The notes beneath the pieces were generated by a model. It saw only the letters and a program-made list of their open reading frames with translations. It ran no database searches and had not been told where the DNA came from. A DNA stretch of 64,000 nt. Source: Eledone cirrhosa (taxonomy: Eukaryota). Positions 31,952 through 46,835 of this stretch are shown here, in pieces; the first letter of the stretch is position 1, and the number at the start of each line of letters is the position of its first letter. A program made the translations under genes and the position numbers. Location: the NCBI GenBank assembly GCA_964016885.1, contig OZ024742.1, positions 69,998,001 through 70,062,000 on the forward strand, in the 5' to 3' direction.

Positions 31952-32650
31952 AGGGCGGTGGATTGGCAGAATCGGTAGAGGGTCGGACGCCGTGCTTTGC
32001 AGTATAGAGTTATGGCCCTTCATGATCTGAGTTCAAATTCCGCCAAGGTTAAATTTGCCTTTCATCCTTACGGAGTCGATAAAATAAAGTACCAGTCACG
32101 CACTGGGTTCGATTTAATCGACTTTCCCCTCCCCCAAAATTGCTGGCCTTGTGCCTATATAAGAAATCATTATTAATGCATCTGTAGGTGTTGTTGCTAA
32201 ACTGTTGCGGTTGCTTTTGATGCATTTATTATTGCTATTATTATCAATCAAGGATGGGCAGTATGAGTAGAGCGTTGGACAACATGCTTAGTGACATAGA
32301 GTTACGGCCCTTTACCCCATGAGTTCAAATCCCGCCGAGGTTCGCTTTCATCCTTACGAGATCGATAAAATAAAGTACCCGTAACCCACTAGGGTCGATT
32401 TAATCGACTTTCCCTTCCCTAAAAATCTGTTGGCCTTGAACCTAAATCAGAAACCATTATTATCATCTTGGCAGTATCGGTAGAGGGTCGGACGCCATGC
32501 TTTCCAGCATAGTTACGTCCCTTTACGATCTGAGTTCAAATCCCGCCGAGGTTGACTTTGCCTTTCATCCTTACGAGGTCGATAAAATAAAGTACCAGTA
32601 ATGCACTGGATAATTGCTGGCCTTGTGACTAAAGTAGAAACAATTATTAT
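31952..32650 (+). mobile_element. Three SINE-A copies
   Basis: Heads at ~31952, 32255, 32468 with B box and core. Confidence 0.85.
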
Positions 32651-32799
32651 CATCAATATATGTGTTGTTCTTATAATAAGAATCTTATTGCTCTTGTTGC
32701 TAATTGTTGCTATTTATTTCGTTACAGTTGTTACTATCGACAAAATATCTGTTGCTGTTGTTCCTAAATTGTTGTTTCTTTCCTAACAGTTACTATTGA

Positions 32800-33440
32800 G
32801 ATTTAGAAATCCCATGGAGCTTGATCTGGACAGTAGGGAAGATGTGAAAGTGAGGGAATGTGTTTCTTCGCCAGAAATTCTTTAATTGAAAGTGCTGTGT
32901 GAGCAGGCATGTTATCGTGGTGCAGTACGTAATCTCCTGCAAGATGCTTTTGAAATTGCTGGACCCGTTTTTTAAGCTGTTCGAATACATCTTTGTAAAA
33001 GGTGCAGATAACTGTTTGTCCTGGAGGTAAACATTATTTGTGAACCCTACCTTAACTGTTAAAAAAAAAAATAATCATCATCATTTTCAGCCTTGATCTG
33101 CTCATGCGTGCTTTCTTCGGACCAGAAGAATTTTTCGTATGCCACTCTTCGTATTGTCTCTGCCTTCTTTCTTCTGCAATCATCCTAGCACTTAATCGGC
33201 GATCTTTTGCCATAACCGCTCGCACCCCTTTCACATTTTGTTCATTTGTTGATGAGATTGGCCTTCTATTTCTTAGCCCTCTTTGAAAGCTTTGTGATAT
33301 TTAAAAACATTACTTCTTAATAGATTGGAATCTCCATAAGTTTGTGTTAAAGAATTAAATATTTTGGTGACAGATTTGTTGAATTTCATAAAAGATTTGA
33401 TCGTGTGCCGTTGATTGATACTTTCCTGCAAAGTAATTTA
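32800..33440 (-). mobile_element. Second decayed mariner relic
   Basis: DRRLSARMIAEE, PKKARMSRSRLKMMMIIFF; similar to 9054-9431. Confidence 0.7.
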
Positions 33441-33666
33441 GTGCATATTTGTTTGATAATGATTATAGAAAATTAGAAAGAAAATTACTCTAATTGCATG
33501 TACAAAATATGTATGGCGAAAGCCCAAATGACATCAGGAAATTCGGTGATTCAAGTATCTTTAAATAGAGTATTGTAATCAAGGAGTTATTAAATAAAAT
33601 ATATTTTACTATAAACACTACCGTTTTGACGGGTAGTATGTTAGTATATACATACACACACACATA

Positions 33667-33832
<166 letters not shown>

Positions 33833-35356
33833 GATAAATGAAAAAAAAACGCAGGGATGCAAAAGTACAAAGTCTTATTAAGTTCACCCTTAGAGGAAGT
33901 GGAGGTGGGTTTTACGTTTCGGATGGACGTCTTTCTTCAGGAAAGTCCGGATAAGGCGAGGACAGGCAGGTACATGAAAGTAGTCTGTGAAAGTTAGGAA
34001 AGGAAGTTAGGAAAAGGGTATTAGGAGTAAATTGATAGATTGGAGAGGTAGTTGAGATGTCAAGCATTTAGGCGTGAGGGCTGGAGTGGTGGGTCCAGGT
34101 GTATCATGGGTGTGGTTGTGTGTGTGCCGAAGTGATGAAATTGGTTTGTGTGTATTGCTTCAGTTAGTGTGTGTGAACACGTGGGTATTGTCGGATCAAT
34201 TGGAGACACTTGCTTCTGACGGGATCCGCTGAGAGGCGTGCTCGAGGACTCAGCCCCATGATCCTCCCAGGAATAAGTGGGCAAAAGAATAAGTATATGT
34301 ATATATGTATATATATATATATATATACATATATGTATGTATGTACACACACAATCATAGCACCCGTCATATATATATATACAAACATACAAACAACCAA
34401 CGTTTTAAGGTAATTTTACCTGTTAAAGCAAGATATACTTTACGGACCCCATGATAGGCTTCATATCCATCATATGGTCCTTTATCTTACATATAACGAT
34501 GCTGATTTTATCACTATTTCCATGACTTTTGCTACCTCCAACAAAACAAGGTAATAAAAACGTCATATCATCCACGCTTCGTTCAGGAGATAAATTAAGG
34601 GATTATCAGTGCTATTGTTTGGAACTAAACATAAAAGAATAATAAAAAAACTATGAAAATTCATTAATAACAAACAAAACAATAGAGGATTAAATGCATG
34701 CACAGTCTTAATATACAAAAATGATTGCACGTGCTTATGGCCCAAGTTGTGTGCAACAGTTTTGCTTCAAAGTAGTTGTAATGTAGTTTTCTATAAAGCC
34801 ACATCCTTTCAAGACAAAACACATAGGCTATATATATATTATTCTAGAATTTGTTCTTTTTCGCTCTTAACAGAAACACTATTATTGTTGTATATACACT
34901 ACAATAGACATTGTAAAAATTTATCGAATAAAAAAAAGAGATTTGTTTAACGTTGTTATGTAATGTTCATAACATATTTCTGTTTCTGTGAAGCTAGGCT
35001 TCACAGAAACAGAAATAACACAACTAGTTAGGAAATTACAAGTACAATCCATTAATGGAACAGTAAAAATATGTAAAACATTCCAAAAATTCTGCATCGA
35101 ATAACTGCATATACACATGTACAGATATAAAGCATATATACATGTACACATACAACTCAAAACATCCACATCCACACATACATTAACATCCATACTTGCA
35201 CACACATGCATGCATGCAGACATGCAGACATATTTACCTAGCTGATGTTGTTTAAATTCCAATGAGAGAGTCTTGTATCTATGTTAGAAACCGACTCTCT
35301 CTCTATTGGTAAAAAATTATAAAATTATAAGACCAGAAGAACATACATACATACAT

Positions 35357-36380
35357 GATGGCTGCCCCCTCGTTATCGAGCATGGCCATTGCACGATATA
35401 CCATTATTAATAATTATTAATTAATTCTATCATGCAATGCCTGAGCGTGAAGATATTTTTTTAAATGAGGAAAGACTGTGCACTGAACCAATCCCACTCT
35501 CTGAGCGACAGTAGCTATAACCTGAAAAGAAGAAAAGATCAACATCATCGGTAACTACTGAGCCGCAGGTTTTATATCGGAGTTATCCCAGTTTCCTGAG
35601 TTGCCTTCTCCTAGAAGAATGCTCTGACAAAGGCTAGGGAGTCCTTCACTCCCAGTGGTTTAACCGCGCGATCGGGTATCCAGCCTGACTATTTCTATGT
35701 CCCCGCGTATATACATACACATGCACACTGCATATACATATATACATATACATACATATGTACATGTGTATATATATATTTACACATTTTTGGATGGCCG
35801 TTGACTCTTATGAGTTCTTCCGCCCTTTGTCAGGTTTTGTTTTTTGTCCTGCATGGTGTCCAAAATCACCCTCCTCACCGAGTAAACTTGGTGGGGTTGC
35901 CGGTTTAGTCACCGACGACGCGACCATGCGACAGGTTGTACTGGGTTACATGTTACCAGTAGCACTCAAGAGTGACCCGACATACATACATACATACATA
36001 CATACATACATACATACATACATACATACATACATACATACATACATACATACATACATACATAATGGCTCATCTCAGCTTCGAGAATTGCCATTCCTTG
36101 ACCTTTTTCTCGTACATGGGTGGCACGAACATGTATTTTTAGCCCGCGAAGATTCCTTTCTTTATATGCTGTAGCGAAAGAAAAAAGAAAAAGCCATGCT
36201 CACGCAACACACATGAAAGTCGTTTAGATCCATTGATGCCTGTGCTTGAAGCATTTTTTCAAGGGAAGTAAGGCCTTACAATGGACCAAATCCCACTCTG
36301 AACAACGGTGACAGGTATCCAAAAAGAAGAACAAACATCATTGGTTGCCATCGAGTCGCTGGTTTTATCATCAGTTTTCG
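35357..36380 (-). mobile_element. Diverged bipartite RTE-derived copies
   Basis: 35790-35980 aligns to 18720-18910; 35357 and 36064 begin (CATA)n ATGGCT like the family 3' end. Confidence 0.6.
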
Positions 36381-37085
36381 AAATACTGTATTATGATAAT
36401 TCGGCTAGTGATAACTACTAAAAATCGAATGTCAAAGCAACACCGTAGATAGCGATTTTTAGACACACCGGGCCAATGAAACATTTAATACTTGGAATAA
36501 ACCCTACTGTATAGCTTATCCGTGTTATTCGTCACTCCAATCTATATATATAATCACAGGTAGTTAAATCTCCTCCTTTGCCGCTGATCCTGGATTTAAC
36601 ATTTGTGATTTGCTGATTAATGGTGAAATATATTTCTTTAATGAAATATATACAAAGGAGATTAATCATTATTGCAAGGTATCTGGATTTGAGGTTCTCG
36701 TTAACTTTTAATATGTTACCTACGTAACTATGTGTGTTTACACTCTTTACAAATTATCCCCTGTTATTGTTTGATGTGTTTATTTAATATATATATATGT
36801 CAATCGATTTTTAATTTAATGCTATATATATATACATATATATATATTATACACACTTTTATTACTTGTACAGGCAGTATTTATTAGAATGCTGTTGAAG
36901 TGTGTATATATTTTTGGGGACAACCTGTATATATATATTTATATATAAAAAGAGTCAGGACTTCGACGGCTGAGCTCCGGCCGTTTCGACAGCAAGATCC
37001 GAGCGGGATCTAACTGTCGAAACGGCCGGAGCTCAGCCGTCGGGGTCCTGACTCTTTTCCTATATTTATACATATATATATATAT

Positions 37086-38261
37086 ATTGTTATACTTGGG
37101 GAGGGTCATATTGTTGTAATAATATTGCCAGAAATAATAACAGAACACACTCACTGTTTGGTTGGTTTTCGCTTCTGTATCTTTTATATCTCCACAGTTA
37201 ATTCATTTAGTCCTCAATGTTTATTATTGACTGACGAACGGTCAAAAATACAGATATAATATAGATATAAACACATATATATTGTCTAAAAAAGTTCTTT
37301 CGTTGCACATCTGAAACATCATCAGTGGTACTATTATGTTCCTCCTATTGTATTGTATGTCTACGCCATTTTTATTTTATCTGTTTATTTATTTATTTAT
37401 TTTTGTCTTCATCTATGCGCATGCGTTTGCATGTGTGTATAGTGTTTGGTTTGTGTATTCGTGTTTTGGGTGACTGTGTTTTGGTTATTGTATTCTATCT
37501 TAGTTTACTAGTGTGTGTTTATATGTGTTATTTGTTATTGTGCTTGTGTATATATTTATTTATTTATTTATTTATATTTCTCTTAAGTCAGTATTGTTTG
37601 TTTGGGTGTTGTTGTTATTCCATTTATTATTTCTGTTTAGCTTTGGCCTTCTAAGCTCTATTTCGCTTGCCTCTCTGATTTGCCTACCTGGGGGAATTAA
37701 AAGGACGAAGAAACGGTTCAGTACTATACGAACACGCCAGACAACAACAACACCCAAACAAACAATACTGACTTAAGAGAAATATAAATAAATAAAGATA
37801 TACACAAGCACAATAACAACAAACACATATAAACACACACTAGTAAACTAAGATAGAATACAATAACCAAAACACAGTCACCCAAACGCGAACACACAGA
37901 CCAAACACTATACACACACGCAAACGCATGCGCAGAGAAGAAGACAAAAATAAATAAATAAATAAATAAACAGATAAAATAAAAATGGCGTAGACATACA
38001 ATACAACAGGAGGAACATAATAGTACCACTGATGATGTTGCAGATGTGCAACGAAAGAACTTTGTTAGGCTATACATATATGTGTTTATATCTCTATTTT
38101 TGACCGTTAGTCAGTCAATGATAAACATTAAGGACCAAATGAATTAACTGTGGAAATATAAAAGATACAGAAGCGAAAATCAACCAAACAGTGAGTGTGT
38201 TCTGTTATTATTTCTGGCAATATTATTACAACAATATGACCCTCCCCAAGTATAACAATAT
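37086..38261. repeat. Large inverted repeat (~525-bp arms, ~125-bp spacer), PLE pLTR-like
   Basis: 37086-37615 is the reverse complement of 37741-38261; HHR-like CTGATGA-t-gttgca gatg tgcaac-GAAA at ~38029-38057 with poor stems I and III. Confidence 0.8.
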
Positions 38262-38322
38262 TTGTTTCGACATACGATTTCATATCAAAAACCTCGCAAA
38301 ACAAATATATATATATATATAT

Positions 38323-38594
38323 AAGGAAAAAAGATGAAATCGAAAATGCAACTGGAGTCTTTTTTTTTTAAATATATTTATTTGGTTCCTTTACCGGTTT
38401 CGCAGTTCTTAGGATTTTCAAAAGTAGAATTGAGATGGAGAGTTTGTGGTTTTTCTCGTGAGAAAAACCACAAACTCTCCATCTCAATTCTACTTTTGAA
38501 AAGCATAAGAACTGCGAAACCGGTAAAGGAACCAAATAAATTTTTTTTTTTTTAAAAGACTCCAGTTGCATTTTCGATTTCATCTTTTTTCCTT
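38323..38594. repeat. Palindrome, ~135-bp arms
   Basis: Centre TTTTCTC-GT-GAGAAAA at ~38460; family also at 28600-28730 and, inverted, 28990-29050. Confidence 0.85.
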
Positions 38595-38694
38595 ATCCTT
38601 TCACTCGTGTAGGACACCTCGGTTTTTTTTCATTTTGTAAAAACACCTCACTTTCTAATATATATATATATATGTATGTATATATATATATATC

Positions 38695-39364
38695 ACACCG
38701 TAAAATTCTCTTTCTCCACAGCACCAAACCTAGGCCACACAATAGCACACAATAATAGGGCAAAAATACAAAAACACATGGTTCCCCCCAACAAACCACC
38801 ACCACAACCCAGAACGAAACCACACACACAACACAACACAACAACACACGCACCACACCAACACCGCACGACACCAACCGCCAACGTTGCACCGCACTGG
38901 TTACTTCCAAATGCAACTGCAAAAAACGAGACGAATGCCCACTAAACGGGGAGTGCCTCGTTAAGAATATTGTTTACCGGTGCGATGTCACTGCCGGCAA
39001 TAAGGAGTACTCATATATAGGTGCGACATCCACTACGTATAAGGAGCGCTGATATAACCACAGAAGCTCCTTCAAACATAGATCGAAACGACCCCAAACA
39101 AAACTGGCCGATCTGTTCTGGGACCTCAAGGACAGGAATATTGAACCCCGGATCTCGTGGTCAGTAAAAAGACGTGTGGCATACATCCCCAGTGACAGAA
39201 ACCACTGCATATTGTGCCTAGCTGAGGCGGCGGAAATAATTAAACTTGACTCCGCCATAAACTATAGGTCAGACATAATTGTCAAATGCAGACACACTAG
39301 GATGCACACCTTTTCTGCACAAACTTTCGCGGGAAGACCACGCACTAACCATGACCCACCATAA
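38695..39364 (+). pseudogene. PLE linker plus GIY-YIG relic
   Basis: TVKFSFS..., frameshift, CNCKKRDECPLNGECLVKNIVYRC...YIGATSTTYKER*YNH...CILCLAE; followed by a long CA-rich 3' region with a 160-bp tandem duplication (39578-39897). Confidence 0.85.
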
Positions 39365-40744
39365 TAATAACCACACCTGCTCCGTATCACCATCGCCCAT
39401 CTCAACGAACTTTAATTCTAATCTAATTTCACTTTATCTTATTTCATTGCATTGAATTTAACCATATGTAAGCCCGTATTTTGTATATCATGCCGCATAC
39501 ATAACCCACACCAAAAATCACACTAACCATGACACACCATATTAATAACCACCTATACCCCATCTCAACATCGCCCACCTCAATGAACTTATTGTATTGT
39601 ACTCCATGTTACCATCTCTAAGCCCCCATTTGTATATCATGCCGCACACATCACCATCACCACCACCAAAATTCACATCAACATACACACCTCATAGTTG
39701 CAACATCGTATTAAATCGATACCATATGATACGTTCTCCTCAATGAACTTATTGTATTGTACTCCATGTTACCATCTCTAAGCCCCCATTTGTATATCAT
39801 GCCGCACACATCACCATCACCACCACCAAAATTCACATCAACATACACACCTCATAGTTGCAACATCGTATTAAATCGGTACCATATGATATGTTCTACC
39901 TGGCAATCCACAATGACAAGGGACCTTGTAAATACAATGTCGATCATATCACACCATCGCCACTACCACCACACCACACATCGTCATGGGCATACCATAC
40001 ACACCTACAACCTCATCCCCCCATGTTCCCTCTATCTACCCTAACCTACAACCCCACGCTAAATTCGACCCTGTAACTGTACTGTCGCACGCACACACAA
40101 CCACCGCCACCACTAAATACATCCACATACTTCAACAATCATTATCATTACATCATCAACACATATCATCCCTCGCTCCCAAATCGACTGTATTATATAT
40201 CCCCCACCCCCCGTCTGCCTACCATATCCACAACACACATCGCCGTACGTCCATAAACGCTTTTCCTCCGCGTTCCCTATGTCACCTTTTAACCGGTATT
40301 CGATCCGGTATATATATTTTTGTCCCTCACAACTCCACCACCATCACCACAAAACACAACTCCATACTTCATCAACACCGACAACACATACCTCCACTCC
40401 CCAACCAACAATAGTGTGTGTGTCTGTGTGTAAGTATTTTACTCATACGGGCATTTTAAGTGTGCGTGCGTGTACGCAAATTTATGTATGTGTGTGTGTG
40501 TATGTGAACACATGTGTATACATATGTCTATGTGTGTGTATGTATATATCTGAATATATATATGTGTATGTGTATGCATATGTGTATGTGTGTGTATATA
40601 TGTATGTGTGTGTATGTGTACGTCTACATATATGTATATGGGTAAATCTGACTGTATGTGTAGGTGAGCTCATATGTGTGCATGTATGTGTATATGTGCG
40701 TGTATGTGTGCGTTGTCGGTAAATGTGTGTGTATATATATATAG

Positions 40745-41054
40745 ACTTGTTCTTCTTTTTGGTAAATATCATCTTGGTTAAGAGAGTGGGACTGGCTTTG
40801 TGCAGTGCCTTTACTCACTATAAAAGCTTCACGGCACAGGCATTGCTTTGTATCTGGAGATCTCTCTGCACTTGTCGTCACATGGTACCATGGGCCTAGC
40901 ACTGTGTCAATAATTGTCACAAGTGTGGTGTTTGTACCAGAGTTTTCAAGTCGCTGGCTGGACTAAAAAGTCACACTCGTTCAGCGCATCGGTAGGGGTT
41001 CTCCTACATGGATATAAAGTAGTGGCCGTACTCGAAAACGAGTTGGCAGCCACC
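40745..41054 (+). mobile_element. 5'-truncated bipartite RTE-derived element
   Basis: Encodes CHKCGVCTRVFKSLAGLKSHTRSAHR* and ends GAGTTGGCAGCCACC. Confidence 0.75.
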
Positions 41055-41838
41055 ATATATATGTATATATATATGTGTGAGTATACGTGTGTGCGAATGT
41101 GTATGTGTATATCTTGCATACATGAGTGTGAGTCCATGTGCCCATACCCATGTGTATGTATGTGCATATATGTAAAACACCTCCTACATTGCCTCTCACC
41201 TTCCCCCCAATCTCTGTCGTTCGCCACCCCTACCGATACTCCCCCACTCTCCATATTCGTGTCCGCATGCGCGTATGCACATACATGTGTGTACATTTAT
41301 ACATATGGTTGTGTGTGAGCGTATGCCGATATATATGTGTGGGCAGGGATGTGCGTATGTGTTTTATGTTGTGTGTGTTTATACAACAATATATGTGCAC
41401 ATATATACATGTGTGTGTGTACGTATATGTATAAACAAGGTATCTGTCAGACGAAGAGCGTCTAACTATGTATCTATGTAAGGACCTGACGCCACCAATA
41501 CATCCACCACAAACACCGCTACCATAGACAAAGGCACCACTACCATACCCCCGACCCACACGCCAACCCGTCTACTGACAATCCACTAACCACATACCAC
41601 AGCCCATCCCACTAAATAACCTTAACCACCACCATATCATCACATCCACCCCCACATACACTACACGCCAAGGCCAACCCACCACCACCACCTCACCACA
41701 GCCAACCTCATCCACCGACCGTCAGCAACATCTCACCATCACACCCACCCCCATATACACTACAGGCCAGTACATCGCCTTGATCCTTCTCACCAATCAA
41801 AACAACTTATTTTGTCAAACTCTAATAGCATTTTAAGA

Positions 41839-41925
41839 GGGTCCGTCGAGCTGCCGATTATTGAGTCGGGTAGGATCGATATAGATCGAACCTTGAGCTG
41901 ATCAGTGGCGAAACGCGCGTCACCT
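41839..41925 (+). ncRNA. HHR-like fold with variant core CCGUCGA at the 3' end of the 38695 PLE relic
   Basis: gggt-CCGTCGA-gctgccgatt..gatcagtggc-GAAA-cgcgcg-TC-acct. Confidence 0.5.
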
Positions 41926-42083
41926 ATCAATAAATGCAATGAAGGAATAATCAATCGTCCTCTTTATCCTTTCTATATATATGTATGAATGAAGTGATTC
42001 CGTCGGAAAAGTCCAGGAAAAAAGTGTGCTCTATGTAGGTAACAGAGCTTAATAGTTATGTAATAAACAACATGAGGCGATTA

Positions 42084-42143
42084 TTCCATTTACCAGTGGT
42101 TTCTTAAAAGCAAAAGATTTTGCTTTCAATCCTCAGAATGAAA
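42084..42143 (-). ncRNA. Type I HHR (PLE-1 distal, GUA)
   Basis: Mirror of 47411-47470. Confidence 0.85.
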
Positions 42144-42518
42144 AAAACATGGTCTGTTTATTGAATTTGGATTTTAAAAACAAAAATGCAATCTATATGA
42201 AAGTGAGGCTGGAGAAGGAAGAAGGAAGAAGGAAAGGAAAAATAAAATAAAACTACACATGCAAACACACACAAAAACACAAAAGCATACATACACACAC
42301 ACACATATATATACACATACACATAGAAACATAAATATAAATACATATACATACACACATATACATACACATATATATATACACATATACATATATATAT
42401 ATGTGTGTACAAGCATACACATACACAAACATAGCCATACACACATGCATAAACATACATACATGCACAAACACGCACACGTATACAATTATACACACAC
42501 TTATGTATATGTAATTAT

Positions 42519-42549
<31 letters not shown>

Positions 42550-42691
42550 CATAAATATAAACATACACACACACACATATATGTATACATACACACATGC
42601 ATAGCTTTACAATTATACACTTACAAATACGTACATATCATAAACACGCACAACCAAATACAAACACACACACACATACATATATACATAC

Positions 42692-42762
<71 letters not shown>

Positions 42763-42880
42763 TACACATATACATGTGTGTGTGTGTGTAAAACTCAGTC
42801 TTAGATAATTCATATGAACCTTACATATACATATATATAGTAGTAAAGTAATAAAGTAATAAGCAACATAAGGCAATTAT

Positions 42881-42938
42881 TCCATTCACCAGTGGTTTCT
42901 TAAAAGCAAAAAGATTTTCCTTCAATCTTCAGAATGAA
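42881..42938 (-). ncRNA. HHR-like motif (PLE-1 proximal, non-canonical GUG site)
   Basis: Mirror of 45797-45854. Confidence 0.6.
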
Positions 42939-43225
42939 AAAAACTTGGTCTATCCACATATATATACATATACACACACAAATATATATATATACATATA
43001 TATACACACATATATACATACATATATATATATATATACACACAAATATACATACACATACACATAGGTATGTGAAGGGCAAGGCAAAAAGAATATATGG
43101 GGGGGGGGCATAGGAAAAGGTGAAATATAAGGGGAGGTAAGGGAGAAAAAAATAAATATACAAGAGTACAGAACGTAGATTCAGCAAAAAAAAACCGTAC
43201 CAGAAGTAAAGAGCAGGAAAGGAGT

Positions 43226-43882
43226 TCAAGGCGGTTGATTTATCATAGGAGTGTCAATCCAGTTACAGATCAGATGCGATTTCAGATGAGGACAGCATCT
43301 GAAGATCTCAGTCTTTGAGTTAAGGCAAGCGGAAGTGGTTCTCAAGTTTAGCAAAATCCTATACTTTTCTGTGGTACACAAAGAACAATTCTTTGTGCCC
43401 CTTTGGTACTCCCTCGAATGGTCTAATATAGACCAATGAATAGAGTACGGGATGTTACTATCCTTGAGTTCCCACACCTTACTTGCGAGGGCCGTTGATG
43501 TTCGTTTATCGGAGTGCTTAAAAGAAGCGACATGTGAGTAAAATCTGGTTTTAAACCTGTCCTGGGTCATACCGACATATCGCTCACTCCTGGCTGGCTG
43601 GTTGTTGATTACCGGTGTTATCTTAGCCTCATAAACAACAGATTTGGTGTTACATTTACCCTGCAATGGGCATTCATCCGGCTTCCTGCAACTGCATCCT
43701 GGATTTATTTTCGTATGGTTTGAACTGGTGATTTTGGACTTCATAGATGGGCAACAAGAGTAGCTGATCTTAACTACGTTCCTATTAAATATCTTATAAT
43801 ATCTATGATTAGGAGGAAAATGTTTGTCTAATAGTTCAAGGAATTTCCTTCCTACATTAGTTTTGACAGTTAGAGAGAAGGG
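43226..43882 (-). pseudogene. Inverted copy of the PLE-1 GIY-YIG domain
   Basis: ORF 43226-43744 is nearly identical to 44992-45510. Confidence 0.9.
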
Positions 43883-45510
43883 CTAGCTAAGCGTAAAGCA
43901 TATATTACCCTTAAAGACCATAAATTGGACTTTACTAATCGACCTAGTTGTAGATTGATTAACCCGGCTAAATCCGAGGTTGGCTTTGCAAGTAAAAAAA
44001 TCTTAAGAAAAATAATTCTCCAAATTAGAACTAACACTGACCTATCACAGTGGCTAAATACTTCCTCTGTTATTTCTTGGTTCAATAATATACAAGGTAA
44101 AAATAAGTGTAGATTTACCCAATTTGATATTGTCGATTTTTACCCATCTATTACTGTTTCCTTATTAACTAATGCCTTAGATTTTGCAAGACCCTTCATT
44201 AATATTTCTAAATTAGAAGAAGACATCTTTCATGCTAGAAAAACTTTACTCTTTACTAATGATAATATTTGGGTTAAAAAGTCAAACCCTGAAAACTCTT
44301 TTGATGTTGCAATGGGTTCATATGACAGTGCGGATGTGTGTGACTTAGTAGGATTATTCCTTCTCCACACCCTCAAAGAGAAATTTCCGTCCCATAATAT
44401 CGGTTTATACCGTGATGACGGATTAGCAGTTTCTCATACCACCAACGGCCATAACCTTCATAAATTCCGTAAAGATTTAATCAATACTTTTGCTAACCTT
44501 AACCTTAAAATCACTATAGATACCTTACCAATGCTAACTTTCTTGATATTAATCTTGATCTACTTACCGCCTCTTTTAAACCCTATCATAAACCTAATGA
44601 AAATCTTAGGTATATACACAAAGAGTCTTGCCATCCCCCTATAGCTTTTAATAATCTTATTCCTAACATTAGCCGTAGGATTTCTACCTTATCTTCGTCT
44701 ATAGACATTTTTAATAAAGCCGCCCCTTATTATAATAAAGCCCTTAGGAACAGCGGTTTTACAGAAAAACATTCTTATTTACCTACCCCTCCTCCCTAAA
44801 ACTAACCACAATAACAGGAAAAGGAAGATTATTTGGTTCACCCCCCCCCCCCCTTCTCTCTAACTGTCAAAACTAATGTAGGAAGGAAATTCCTTGAACT
44901 ATTAGACAAACATTTTCCTCCTAATCATAGATATTATAAGATATTATAAAATAGGAACGTAGTTAAGATCAGCTACTCTTGTTGCCCATCTATGAAGTCT
45001 AAAATCACCAGTTCAAACCATACGAGAATAAATCCAGGATGCAGTTGCAGGAAGCCGGATGAATGCCCATTGCAGGGTAAATGTAACACCAAATCTGTTG
45101 TTTATGAGGCTAAGATAACACCGGTAATCAACAACCAGCCAGCCAGGAGTGAGCGATATGTCGGTATGACCCAGGACAGGTTTAAAACCAGATTTTACTC
45201 ACATGTCGCTTCTTTTAAGCACTCCGATAAACGAACATCAACGGCCCTCGCAAGTAAGGTGTGGGAACTCAAGGATAGTAACATCCCGTACTCTATTCAT
45301 TGGTCTATATTAGACCATTCGAGGGAGTACCAAAGGGGCACAAAGAATTGTTCTTTGTGTACCACAGAAAAGTATAGGATTTTGCTAAACTTGAGAACCA
45401 CTTCCGCTTGCCTTAACTCAAAGACTGAGATCTTCAGATGCTGTCCTCATCTGAAATCGCATCTGATCTGTAACTGGATTGACACTCCTATGATAAATCA
45501 ACCGCCTTGA
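43883..45510 (+). pseudogene. PLE reverse transcriptase plus GIY-YIG, frameshifted
   Basis: QFDIVDFYPSI, MGSYDSADVCDLVG, GLYRDDGL; CSCRKPDECPLQGKC, VVYEA..RYVGMT; frame breaks between ~44520 and ~44950. Confidence 0.92.
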
Positions 45511-45796
45511 ACTCCTTTCCTGCTCTTTACTTCTGGTACGGTTTTTTTTGCTGAATCTACGTTCTGTACTCTTGTATATTTATTTTTTTCTCCCTTACCT
45601 CCCCTTATATTTCACCTTTTCCTATGTCCCCCTCCCCCCATATATTCTTTTTGCCTTGCCCTTCACATACCTATGTGTATGTATATGTGTGTGTATATAT
45701 ATATATATATATGTATGTATATATGTGTGTATATATATGTATATATATATATTTGTGTGTGTATATGTATGTATATGTGGATAGACCAGGTTTTTT

Positions 45797-45854
45797 TTCA
45801 TTCTGAAGATTGAAGGAAACATTTTTTGCTTTTAAGAAACCACTGGTGAATGGA
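45797..45854 (+). ncRNA. HHR-like motif (PLE-1 proximal, GUG site)
   Basis: ttcatt-CTGAAGA-ttgaag..cttttaa-GAAA-ccactgg-TG-aatgga. Confidence 0.6.
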
Positions 45855-45980
45855 ATAATTGCCTTATGTTGCTTATTACTTTATTACTTTACTACTATAT
45901 ATATGTATATGTAAGGTTCATATGAATTATCTAAGACTGAGTTTTACACACACACACATGTATATGTGTATGTGTGTGTG

Positions 45981-46037
<57 letters not shown>

Positions 46038-46420
46038 GTGTGTGTCTGTGTGTGTGTGTTTGTATTTGGTTGTGCGTGTTTATATGTACGTATTTGTATG
46101 TGTATAATTGTAAAGCTATGTATGTATATGTATGTGTGTATGTATACATTTATGTGTGTGTGTGTATGTTTATATTTATGTATATATATATATATGTGTG
46201 TGTGTATAATTACATATACATATGTGTGTGTATAATTGTATACGTATGCGTGTTTGTGCATGTATGTATGTGTTTATGTATTTGTATATGTATATTTATG
46301 TGCGAGAGTGTGTGTATGTATTTACTATTTCGTACGTATGTATACGTGCATTTGTGTGTATTACTTACCACGCGTGTCCGTCTAGTTAGCTGCGTTCTGT
46401 ATCGCTGTAAAAAAAAAATG

Positions 46421-46534
<114 letters not shown>

Positions 46535-46574
46535 GATATTAAATAAATGGAAACTATATTTATAAAACCATATT

Positions 46575-46640
46575 TATTTCATTATATATATTTCAGGGAT
46601 ATCATATTAAAAATATGGTATGCCTTCATCAGACAAAATA
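46575..46640 (-). ncRNA. Type I hammerhead ribozyme
   Basis: Mirror of 46770-46835. Confidence 0.8.
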
Positions 46641-46769
46641 CAATATAAACAGTCTTATAAATAGATAGATTTGACATACCTTACAACTTCAACTTCCATT
46701 TAAAAAGTTGATGGAAGTTGAAGTTGTAAGGTATGTCAAATCTATCTATTTATAAGACTGTTTATATTG

Positions 46770-46835
46770 TATTTTGTCTGATGAAGGCATACCATATTTT
46801 TAATATGATATCCCTGAAATATATATAATGAAATA
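46770..46835 (+). ncRNA. Type I hammerhead ribozyme
   Basis: tattttgt-CTGATGA-aggcataccatatt ttt aatatgatatccct-GAAA-tatata-TA-atgaaata. Confidence 0.8.

Noticed and set aside
33909-33945. Minus-strand CTGAAGA...GAAACGTA minimal HHR
   Set aside because: Stems I and II pair poorly
34974-35017. Perfect 20-bp hairpin as terminator or miRNA
   Set aside because: Isolated, with no supporting context in a window full of foldbacks
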